Positions 17,876 to 26,029 of a stretch of 64,000 nucleotides of DNA are shown here, piece by piece. Within the stretch, counting starts at the first letter, position 1. Every line of letters begins with the position of its first letter. Location of the stretch: the sequence record NC_061445.1, one strand, 5' to 3'. The notes beneath the pieces were generated by a model, which was given only the letters and a program-made list of their open reading frames with translations, did not search any database and was not told the DNA's origin. The position numbers were made by a program, and so were the translations under genes.

Positions 17876-20800
17876 TTACTGATATCGCACGGTGATGACT
17901 GCGGAACCGAATGCGCGAGCGTTGGTACGATAAATCAAGACGTTTTCTGTCAGGTTATCATACACCATCTTGCCAACAATCGGACCCTTCTTGCCGTTAT
18001 CACCAGTTACAGGCCACTGAGCACCGTCAAACCCTTGCCACCCTTTGTTCACATTACCTGAACCGTCTGCGGCTGCTGAGAAGACAGCTTGACCGTATGA
18101 CTGTCTGACAACAAAGTAGCCGTACTCGTCTGTCTTGGTAGAGAGAACGAATTGACCGCCTGTCGTTGAACGTAAACGTGTCGGCAACTGAGCAAGTGCA
18201 ATACTCACACCAGTAATACCGAAGGGTGCAATGCCGAATCGAGGATAGGATGAGTACGCTGTCATGAAGTGCGTTTGCGTCAGGCGCTGCTGCCCCTCAA
18301 TGTAAAGCGCTTTGACACCGAACTGCGTGTCGTTCAGCAACGTACCAATAGTCAGGCGACCAGTCTGCGCATTGATAGAGATGCCTTGCACGTCCACCAC
18401 ATCGCCTTTACTGTTCGTTATCTGCCACAGGCATTTTGCGCTCACATCCTCTTTCACGAACGTACCTGTACGACCGAGCAATGCGTTCATCTGCATTGAA
18501 CTGTCATCACGCACATTCGTATAGCCACCAACTGTCAGGTCTTGCGGGAAACCAATGCCGGGGCATGTGATCTCTTGGACGAGACTGATAGTGGTGCGCT
18601 GTTCGGTAATGATACACTCGACTTTAACTTTCTGCGGGTCTTTCGAAGCAGGGAAACGGAACGTACCGTCTTGTGCTAACGTGAACCCACTAACCGAGTC
18701 AATGACGTTCCACTGGAACTTGACTGAGTTCGCATCAGGCAAACGGCTTGAGCCAGTAGCGCCTGAACGTCGCGTATAGAAAGCAGTGAAGCGATAGTCG
18801 GTGTTCGGACTAATGTTGCCTGGAGGATTCTCGATGTAGCCGTTGAGAATCGTGTTCTGCGTCTGCAACTCAATTGTGCGCGTACCAATGATAGTCTCAT
18901 CAGCAAGACTCAATGGGTTTTGCTTGGTGAAGACAGCTCTCAGGTTAATCACACCATCAGACAGTTGCGCCTGGCCGATAAACAGATGACCGTTCAGAGG
19001 ATCAATCGACACACCGTCAACGTTTGTCTCATCACCGATAGACCAGATAGCGTCTGTAGTTATGAGTTCGTCATCAGGGTCAATGATAACACGCAGACCG
19101 TAAGGAACGTACCAGCGCCCATTCTCGTAACCGATAGTTGGGTTTCTGTCAGACACATCCCACACAATGTCAGGACCAGTGATGCCAATTTGACGGAGAT
19201 ATGTGTTAGCCTGCACAAGGAACACAAGCAACGTTTTCTCAATCTGATACTGGTCGCACGTATAACGAGCGCGAATCAGCACAGCACCATTGACGTTCTG
19301 ACTAGGCGTGAGTGAACCCTCGGCATCAATCTCTGCCACGCTATCCGTAGTTGGGATAAGCACTGGCGTGTTATTCGGACCAGGCTGCGTGTAATAGTTC
19401 TGCACGACTGCCCACTCTGAGTCCACTTCGAGATCAAACGTCTTAGGCGTTTCCTCTGCATACGACCCATCGAGTGTACGCATCACGCCACCAGTCTTGT
19501 ACGTGTTGACCAGAGTGTATGACTCGGACAGCACATCAGCACTGATTTGCGTTGCACCCTCGATACGACTGTTAACGATGTTGTTAATGCTCTCTTTAGG
19601 TGCAGGCGAAACGATCAGGTCAATCTTATTGCTCACTCGGAAGAATGAGGCAATGACCTGAGTATACGTGTCGTAATCGTATTTGCTCTTACCTGTTTGC
19701 AGAATAGCACCATCGAAGTATGCTTTGTTCAAGTCAGCGATACTACCAATAGCGTTGAACATTGGCAGCTTACTGACTTTCATTGCACGGAAGTCTTTGT
19801 AGTCGATAGGCGTTCTGCCCTCAACTATTTCAACGACAGACATACCGCTGTATCGACCAGGCGAGAATTGCAGGAACTTATAATCGTCTGTATCTTTATC
19901 TGGCCAGTTGCCTGTCCACTCAGCAGCAGTCACATACTCCTGACTTCCATCCGCATACGTTGCGAGCAGACGCACGAACGTTCGGGTCTTCTCGTACATC
20001 GTGTCTGGACATTCAATCGTAATGCTGTCCACCAGCGAGCGCGTAGGGATGAGTTGCAGATCACGATAGTTGGTGAGATGCGTTCCTTCGAACTCATACT
20101 CCATGCTGATACGCGCACTACCATGCAGGTCACCCTGATAGTAAAGCACATACTCTTTCACGGTACGCCCCATAACAGGGTCATGCACGTCAATCGTTGA
20201 CAGGCTAACGTTAAGCGTTACCCAACGAGCGTAGTCAGGATGGTCAGGGTCAAACTGACTTGGGTCCTGTCCTTGTTCGACAGCTTGTTGCTGCAATCGA
20301 ATGGTACGTGCTCGCGCTTCTTCGATAGCACTTGCCGACGGGATGTATTCGACTTTTACTGCGGCAGCGGCAGCATAAGACAGACCGTTATTCCACAGGC
20401 ACACAACAGGCAGCATCAGCGTAGAGCCGCTACTGATTGTTGGGCTTGAACGCAGATCCACAGACTTCGGAATCATGATCGTATCGTTGACGAGAACAAT
20501 GCGGTTGAACGTCACCGTGCTGTTACCATCAATGAATGTGAAGTTCAGCGCGTATGCCACAGCATCGCCAGTGACAAGAGGCGCTTCGAACTCACCAGTC
20601 TGCTGATTGACTACAGGCAGAGCGCTTACCTGCGTTGCAGTGTCCGAGCTACTGAACCAGATGCCAAACACTTCGGTGTAAGCAACCACGATCGAAGGGT
20701 CACGCGCATCAATCTGAGCCTGAGTAGCAGACGCAAGCACATACAGCGCCATTGCTTTAGGTCTAACGATATCACGTTCAACCACAGTCTCAGGAACAAC

Positions 20801-22411
20801 GAGGTCAATCGTTGCCAGCTTAATGTCAGGCGCTTTCAGTACAACCTGCTTCACTGTTTCGATTGGCGTTAACTCACCGAACGAAGCATAGATAGAAGTC
20901 AGGTAATCGCCACGCATCACTTTCGACTTGAGGACGTTCTCGACAATCTCCGTATGCTCGCTGGTGGTACGCGCTTGAGCGATGCCCAGTTTCGAAGTAC
21001 CGTCGTTGTATGTCACTGCATACTTGAGCGCAATCTCCTCGCCTTGAGGGATTTCATCATCAACGATAATGCGCAGTTCGGTTGGCACAAGGTCTTTGAC
21101 GCTGCGGTTAACATCGAACTCCTGCGTCTTGGACATATCGAACTGTCCTTGAAACGCAACGCTGATATCAATCGTTGTGTCAGCATCGACGCTAGGCAGA
21201 GTGAGTGTCGTACCGTTGAACGTACCGAGAGAAGACGACAGACCAATCATGCCGCTATCGGTAAGCTCTTTCATTGAACCAGTTGCGAGGTACTTGCCAT
21301 AGACACGCACCTTAGCGCTTGCATTGCCATACAGAGTAGGACATTCAATGAGAAGCTCATCAGGGTCAGGCTCAACGCCGATAGGATAGATGCGCGACTC
21401 AAGCAATTGTTGCGTACCGTTGTACGACAGCGTGAGGTTGATAACAGAGATCGCAAGAGGCTCATTGAAGCGCACAGCGTTACCGTCACGCTCTGCAATC
21501 CACGAACTGTCTTCTACCCACACTTCGACAGTCTGCTCGGTGTTATCGCTGTAACTGACAACAGCACCGAACGTAGTCCATTCGCCACCACGCACAAACT
21601 CAGGCTGGATGAATGCGATAGACTGCTGCAACGGAGAGCCTACAACAAATCGACGAACAGGCTCAACGACAACATGAGCACCGAGATAAATCTTAGAACT
21701 CAGGTTGATTGCCGCATACACGCCTTCTAACACTTCTTCGATAGGAGCCCACTGATAGAACAGGTCGGCAATGCGACGATAGAACATCGCAGAACGCGCA
21801 GTGTATTGCTGAATGTCATTGTTGACAGGCTCAAAGCCTATGTGGTTGAGGAACCAATCTTCTGCTTCCTGCTGCGTCATGCCTACTTCTTGCAGTGCGT
21901 TAACGATATCCTGCTCTGCGTCTTTTGTGATCGTCAGGTCAAGTCCACCGTCAATCAGTTGCGCATCGACTTCAAGGTTAACCTTGTTCGACTTGTACCA
22001 CGTACCGCCGTCTTGAATGAGAGTACCAAGAGGCGTAGGCACGAACGTCTGATAGTCTGCTGTATACAGGCGAGAAGCATCGAACTGCCCGCCTAACAAC
22101 ATGCCGACGAACTTAGGCCACTGAGTTGTACCAGATACTTGCTGCCAGTCAGGTAAGCAGTCGATGACACGTTTCAATGAGGGCAAACGATACTGCATCA
22201 GGTCACGCGTGATGTTGATGCCGAGCTGGCGAATACTTTCTTCGGCCAGCTCATTGTTTGTGTCTGCATTGATACGACGAATGTTAAGCAGTTGCTTGAT
22301 TGTCTCAAGGTTCTGCTCGTCGTTGTGCCCATCGAGAATCTCGAACAACTCTGCCCATGCTGGGTTGGCTTCAACGAAGTCAATGTTAAAGGCTAGAGTG
22401 TTTGATTTCAC
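17876..22411 (-). CDS. Large baseplate wedge/tail protein with multiple Ig-like repeats (1511 aa)
   Basis: Follows the gp6-like gene with a GTGA overlap; repeated beta-rich units (I.GP..V...W.V..G..I...G.L). Confidence 0.7.
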   Translation of the reverse strand: MKSNTLAFNIDFVEANPAWAELFEILDGHNDEQNLETIKQLLNIRRINADTNNELAEESIRQLGINITRDLMQYRLPSLKRVIDCLPDWQQVSGTTQWPKFVGMLLGGQFDASRLYTADYQTFVPTPLGTLIQDGGTWYKSNKVNLEVDAQLIDGGLDLTITKDAEQDIVNALQEVGMTQQEAEDWFLNHIGFEPVNNDIQQYTARSAMFYRRIADLFYQWAPIEEVLEGVYAAINLSSKIYLGAHVVVEPVRRFVVGSPLQQSIAFIQPEFVRGGEWTTFGAVVSYSDNTEQTVEVWVEDSSWIAERDGNAVRFNEPLAISVINLTLSYNGTQQLLESRIYPIGVEPDPDELLIECPTLYGNASAKVRVYGKYLATGSMKELTDSGMIGLSSSLGTFNGTTLTLPSVDADTTIDISVAFQGQFDMSKTQEFDVNRSVKDLVPTELRIIVDDEIPQGEEIALKYAVTYNDGTSKLGIAQARTTSEHTEIVENVLKSKVMRGDYLTSIYASFGELTPIETVKQVVLKAPDIKLATIDLVVPETVVERDIVRPKAMALYVLASATQAQIDARDPSIVVAYTEVFGIWFSSSDTATQVSALPVVNQQTGEFEAPLVTGDAVAYALNFTFIDGNSTVTFNRIVLVNDTIMIPKSVDLRSSPTISSGSTLMLPVVCLWNNGLSYAAAAAVKVEYIPSASAIEEARARTIRLQQQAVEQGQDPSQFDPDHPDYARWVTLNVSLSTIDVHDPVMGRTVKEYVLYYQGDLHGSARISMEYEFEGTHLTNYRDLQLIPTRSLVDSITIECPDTMYEKTRTFVRLLATYADGSQEYVTAAEWTGNWPDKDTDDYKFLQFSPGRYSGMSVVEIVEGRTPIDYKDFRAMKVSKLPMFNAIGSIADLNKAYFDGAILQTGKSKYDYDTYTQVIASFFRVSNKIDLIVSPAPKESINNIVNSRIEGATQISADVLSESYTLVNTYKTGGVMRTLDGSYAEETPKTFDLEVDSEWAVVQNYYTQPGPNNTPVLIPTTDSVAEIDAEGSLTPSQNVNGAVLIRARYTCDQYQIEKTLLVFLVQANTYLRQIGITGPDIVWDVSDRNPTIGYENGRWYVPYGLRVIIDPDDELITTDAIWSIGDETNVDGVSIDPLNGHLFIGQAQLSDGVINLRAVFTKQNPLSLADETIIGTRTIELQTQNTILNGYIENPPGNISPNTDYRFTAFYTRRSGATGSSRLPDANSVKFQWNVIDSVSGFTLAQDGTFRFPASKDPQKVKVECIITEQRTTISLVQEITCPGIGFPQDLTVGGYTNVRDDSSMQMNALLGRTGTFVKEDVSAKCLWQITNSKGDVVDVQGISINAQTGRLTIGTLLNDTQFGVKALYIEGQQRLTQTHFMTAYSSYPRFGIAPFGITGVSIALAQLPTRLRSTTGGQFVLSTKTDEYGYFVVRQSYGQAVFSAAADGSGNVNKGWQGFDGAQWPVTGDNGKKGPIVGKMVYDNLTENVLIYRTNARAFGSAVITVRYQ

Positions 22412-23871
22412 TGGTTCATTTTCCTTTCGCTATAGATGATGTTAATGCGAAGGTTACGCAGCGCAACGTACTCAAGCACCGTGTTAGGAATGATGTCCTG
22501 AACAGGGCTTTCGATATTGCAGTAGTCTACTTCTGGACGACGCACAGGACGATCTGGATCTGTCCAGTCGTACAGCACACGGTCTGTTAAGTCAGACAAC
22601 GCAAGACGTTTACCGAGAAGACCAGGGCGGCGCTCAAACAGTTTAAGCACGGACGCTTCGAGTGTCGCTTGGTTTGACTCACGGTTACCGGGCGCATCTG
22701 CATACAGCGCTACGTTGAGTGTGCAATCGATCTGTAACTTGTCAGGGTTCCACGATTGAACATCGAGCGGGCTATTGAACTGAGCAAGCCAGTTAAGGAA
22801 TTTATTCCACTGCGCAGAAGTAGGGTTAGGGTTGATGCCTCCCCACGTGCTCGTATTGCGAGGAAGTACGCACACACGCACAACGCCTTGCCACTCACGA
22901 TCATTCGGGGCAATCTCTGCTTGACCCTGAACGACAACATCAGCAACGTCTGGATAGAGCGCGATAGCAGCTTTCCACTCGTCACGTCGAATCAGCTTCT
23001 TACGGCTGCGGCCAACGATTGGTGCGTAGTTGCGATAGTAGTCAACAGGCGTTTCGTCAGAGCCACCGAGAATAGCGCTAACTGTTTTACCCTGCAGCTG
23101 TGGGTTAGACAGACACTGCACTTTGAGGCCGATGCTGTCTGTGTTGCCACTAGCACCGAGAGACTTAATGCCCTGTACGCGCATCGTATAGCCTGCCGGT
23201 GGCTGTGCTCCCCACTGCTCTCCACCGAACTGAATCTCAACGTCACCTTCATCGGTTGTCACGTCAAGGAAGATCTGCTGGTCAGCATACGCTTCAAACA
23301 GGCACTTGGTGAAACGCTGATACTCAATGCGTGTGCCTGTAGGGTGCTCGAACCAGACGCGTAGATCGTCAGTCAGTTCGAAGTTATTCGTGCCCAGCTT
23401 GATAGACATGTAATCAATAGGTGTAGGCACAATCTGGCTGAACGTGAACACTTCACCGATGATGAAGTCAACGTTCTTCACTTCGCCCGGTTCCCACTGA
23501 GTAACCTCTGCAAGCAGCGCATTGAAGTTACCGATAGTGAAAGGCGTGTACTTGTCGTATGACTGTTTGGTCGAAGACAGGTTAGCAACAGAAGCTGTTA
23601 CCGTAGATACTGACTTGCGCCCAATGTCCACGCCTAAGTAACGGGCGTTAGCGAGGATTGAAGTGTTACGACGAGCGAGGCGACTGAACGCTTCACGCGC
23701 AGCAATCAAAGACGCATACGCATTCGTCACACCGATATCGCCGAGTGCATCAGCAAGCAATGCAGTCAACGAGCTTACCTGACTGTCTGTCCAGTAGCTG
23801 GACTTATTGATACGACTCAGGAAGTCTTGTGCAAACTCCTCGTGAGTCATATACGTGTTAAGCATGGACAT
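22408..23871 (-). CDS. Baseplate wedge protein, T4 gp6/baseplate-J-like (487 aa)
   Basis: AREAF..LARRNTSILANARYLG, VEIQFGG, SLGASGN, ILGGSDETP..YYRNYAP, RDEW..AI motifs; adjacent to a gp25-like gene. Confidence 0.8.
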   Translation of the reverse strand: MSMLNTYMTHEEFAQDFLSRINKSSYWTDSQVSSLTALLADALGDIGVTNAYASLIAAREAFSRLARRNTSILANARYLGVDIGRKSVSTVTASVANLSSTKQSYDKYTPFTIGNFNALLAEVTQWEPGEVKNVDFIIGEVFTFSQIVPTPIDYMSIKLGTNNFELTDDLRVWFEHPTGTRIEYQRFTKCLFEAYADQQIFLDVTTDEGDVEIQFGGEQWGAQPPAGYTMRVQGIKSLGASGNTDSIGLKVQCLSNPQLQGKTVSAILGGSDETPVDYYRNYAPIVGRSRKKLIRRDEWKAAIALYPDVADVVVQGQAEIAPNDREWQGVVRVCVLPRNTSTWGGINPNPTSAQWNKFLNWLAQFNSPLDVQSWNPDKLQIDCTLNVALYADAPGNRESNQATLEASVLKLFERRPGLLGKRLALSDLTDRVLYDWTDPDRPVRRPEVDYCNIESPVQDIIPNTVLEYVALRNLRINIIYSERKMNQ

Positions 23872-24293
23872 TACTGTGACCTCATAGCAAACGTAATTGA
23901 TTGTTTGTCTTCGAGCTTAGGACAACGCCATGTGACAACACACACGTAAGTCTGCTCGTATTGATCGCTCATGGTACAGGCTGTCTGCACGTTCGTCACG
24001 TCTTGCGTCAGACCGTTGTATGGGTCTTCGAGTGCGAGGCGCATGTACGTTGCAATCCAGTCTGCTGTAGTCTGGTCGAATGGGTCAAACAGGTATTGAT
24101 ATACGTCTGCACCAAAGTTCTCTCGCCACTTGCGGGAACGCTTTCTCGTACCGATTACCATGAGAATCTTCTGGACAATACTGTCCATGTTCTGCACGTT
24201 ATCACGCGGTTCAAGTTGAATCCACGCATTGATATCACAATAGATGCGCTCGCTTAGTGGCACGTCTATCAGTCGAATCCCGATTCCTGCCAT
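23871..24293 (-). CDS. Baseplate wedge protein, gp25/GPW-like (140 aa)
   Basis: SIVQKILMVIGTRKRSR.W..NFG..VYQYLFDP pattern. Confidence 0.85.
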   Translation of the reverse strand: MAGIGIRLIDVPLSERIYCDINAWIQLEPRDNVQNMDSIVQKILMVIGTRKRSRKWRENFGADVYQYLFDPFDQTTADWIATYMRLALEDPYNGLTQDVTNVQTACTMSDQYEQTYVCVVTWRCPKLEDKQSITFAMRSQ

Positions 24294-24583
24294 TAGCCAA
24301 ATCTCACGTTAGAACTACCATTTGATGCCGTGTCGCCGCAACTGTTAGGGTCACCTGCACGTTGAGCAGGCTTGCCATTGACACGTACACTTGAGCTTGA
24401 AGTAGCACTACCTGTATGTGGTGGTTTCTTCGGTTTCCAGTGCGGTCGATACTTGTCGCCTTGACGAACACTCCCTTTTCCATTAACAAGCACATTAGAA
24501 GATGCTTGCGCAGGAACGACAGGGAAATAGCCGCTATGTCCAGTAGACAAATCTGTGCCTAAACGAATAGCTTTCTGACCCAT
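24293..24583 (-). CDS. PAAR-domain spike tip protein (T4 gp5.4-like, 96 aa)
   Basis: AIRLGTDLSTGH, VLVNGKGSVRQGD, VRVNGKPAQRAGD, SCGD...GSSNV. Confidence 0.9.
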   Translation of the reverse strand: MGQKAIRLGTDLSTGHSGYFPVVPAQASSNVLVNGKGSVRQGDKYRPHWKPKKPPHTGSATSSSSVRVNGKPAQRAGDPNSCGDTASNGSSNVRFG

Positions 24584-24584
24584 A

Positions 24585-24707
24585 TCAATTCCCTCTTTTC
24601 ATTGCTGGAATCTTAGGAGCTTTGGGCAGTTTGAATGGCGCTGGGCTTAACTTGCGCTTGCCTTTAAGCACGTCTAAGTACAAATTCCAATCAGTAGATC
24701 TGCACAT
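24585..24707 (-). CDS. Small basic protein, 40 aa (MCRSTDWNLYLDVLKGKRKLSPAPFKLPKAPKIPAMKRGN); below the ORF-track cut-off
   Basis: AGGAG 8 nt before the ATG; the stop abuts the PAAR start (TGATATG); first ORF after a promoter motif. Confidence 0.6.
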   Translation of the reverse strand: MCRSTDWNLYLDVLKGKRKLSPAPFKLPKAPKIPAMKRGN

Positions 24708-24731
24708 CGCTTAATCTCCTCTGTTAGACAC

Positions 24732-24739
24732 AAATTAGC
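24732..24739 (-). promoter_or_regulatory. Putative late-promoter motif GCTAATTT
   Basis: Immediately downstream of a terminator and upstream of the baseplate operon. Confidence 0.5.
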
Positions 24740-24757
24740 TTGATACGCCCCAGAAAC

Positions 24758-24784
24758 AAAAACGGGCGACCCGAAGGCCACCCA
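24758..24784 (-). terminator. Rho-independent terminator with a UUCG loop; likely 3' end of the candidate ncRNA
   Basis: GGGTGGCC-TTCG-GGTCGCCC-GTTTTT. Confidence 0.85.
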
Positions 24785-25990
24785 GTTCTTGTGCTTGGAA
24801 TTTTGTCGCTTATCCCCTTACGCCCGATGCAAGTGCCACACGTCATTAGACGCGGAGCCGGGATGAATGACCGAGAGTAGTGGCGCACGCCACGCCTGTA
24901 AGTGACTCTCGGGACATGATAGCAAGCGACCAAGCATCGCAATTGCTATCAGCGACAACATGAGCAATATCATTATTGTCGTACTCTCTTTAAACGAACT
25001 GGGTACATCATGGTTTTGATCAGACTACTCCGCTGCCCTTTGCCCAACATCACTAGGGTTTCAGTTTCTTCATCTCTTTACCGCCTACGTTGCGGCGAAC
25101 CGCGCACAAGAGCAACACATCAAGAGCACACGGCGGAAAATGGGAAAAGTTCCGTATGCGCTAACAGCATCACTCAAGCGAAGGAGGTGGACGTATCGGT
25201 GATCTGCGGGAGTTGATACACGTTTTAACAATCGCTATCTTTTGTGCATTAAATCGAAACAGGAACGCGATTGCCCGCTAACATTTCCTGATCGATATTT
25301 CACACCCGAGTAAGCGGGTTTTCAGCTATGGCAGTACGTCAGCAGATGGCGGCAGACACACTCCATTGAACACTGTTAAGGGCAGTGCCCAACAGGCTGT
25401 GAACAGCTTTGACCAAACGTAGAGTCGCTCGTCGCCCAACATCACTTGAGTATCTCGTCTACATTCTTTTACTCCCTAACGCCGGTACAAGGAAGTCCGA
25501 CGCCATGAGGGTCTGCGGATGTTTATCACTCTAAGACTCTTCCAACTTATCCCCATACGCAGTGAATCGAGTCGTCCGCTGGATAACTCACTGCGTACCC
25601 GTCAATGCGTCGTGCGACATTGAGGAATAGTCGGTGGAAACTTTTATCATGGAGAGTAGATATCTCCCCAATGCACACTGTTATTGCCAGCCAATGTGCA
25701 TCAGGCAGCGTAACTGCAAACTGCTATCCCTATAAGAGAGGCCACAACGCTGGTGGTACGTTCCGCCTGTCTACGCGCCTAGAGGCAAATTGCCGTGCCA
25801 TGTCTGTGCAAGAATACCAGCTGGGCCTTGTAAGCGTCAGCAGCAGAGCAATAGTCTATCGCGTGGGTGCCGGGGTTATCCTCACGATTACAGAGCGCGA
25901 ACTCAAACCGGCTGGAGGCTCGTCACTGATAAACGGCAGCGACAAGTTTAATACCAGACAGCACCCGCTAAGTATACTGTCTGGCTGAGA
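24758..25990 (-). ncRNA. Candidate large (~1.2 kb) structured non-coding RNA of unknown family
   Basis: No credible CDS in an otherwise gene-dense window. Many local stems and nested long-range helices contain G-U pairs that work only on the minus strand. The region ends in a terminator. Confidence 0.6.
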
Positions 25991-26029
25991 CATAATGATA
26001 TTACTATCTGCAATTTTTATTTACAGATT

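Noticed and set aside
25488-25915. RNase P-like strings on the plus strand (AAGGAAGTCCG ... GGTGGAAAC ... CCTAGA ... AAACCGGCTG)
   Set aside because: P4 pairing is only about 5 bp, and no P1 helix could be found. The G-U evidence and the terminator favour the minus strand. Rfam RF00010/RF00011 searches would settle it.
25605-25988. 127 aa plus-strand ORF (and 25010-25216, 24724-24942) inside the candidate ncRNA
   Set aside because: No SD sequence; the plus-strand ORFs run opposite to every other gene; atypical Cys/Arg-rich composition; each overlaps strong RNA helices.
24785-25990. Group I intron interpretation (AGACUA/UAGUCU and CAGCCUG/CAGGCG resemble P7)
   Set aside because: No interrupted gene or exon junction flanks it, J8/7 is non-canonical, and there is no room for a normal P3-P6 core. 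No group II domain V was seen either.
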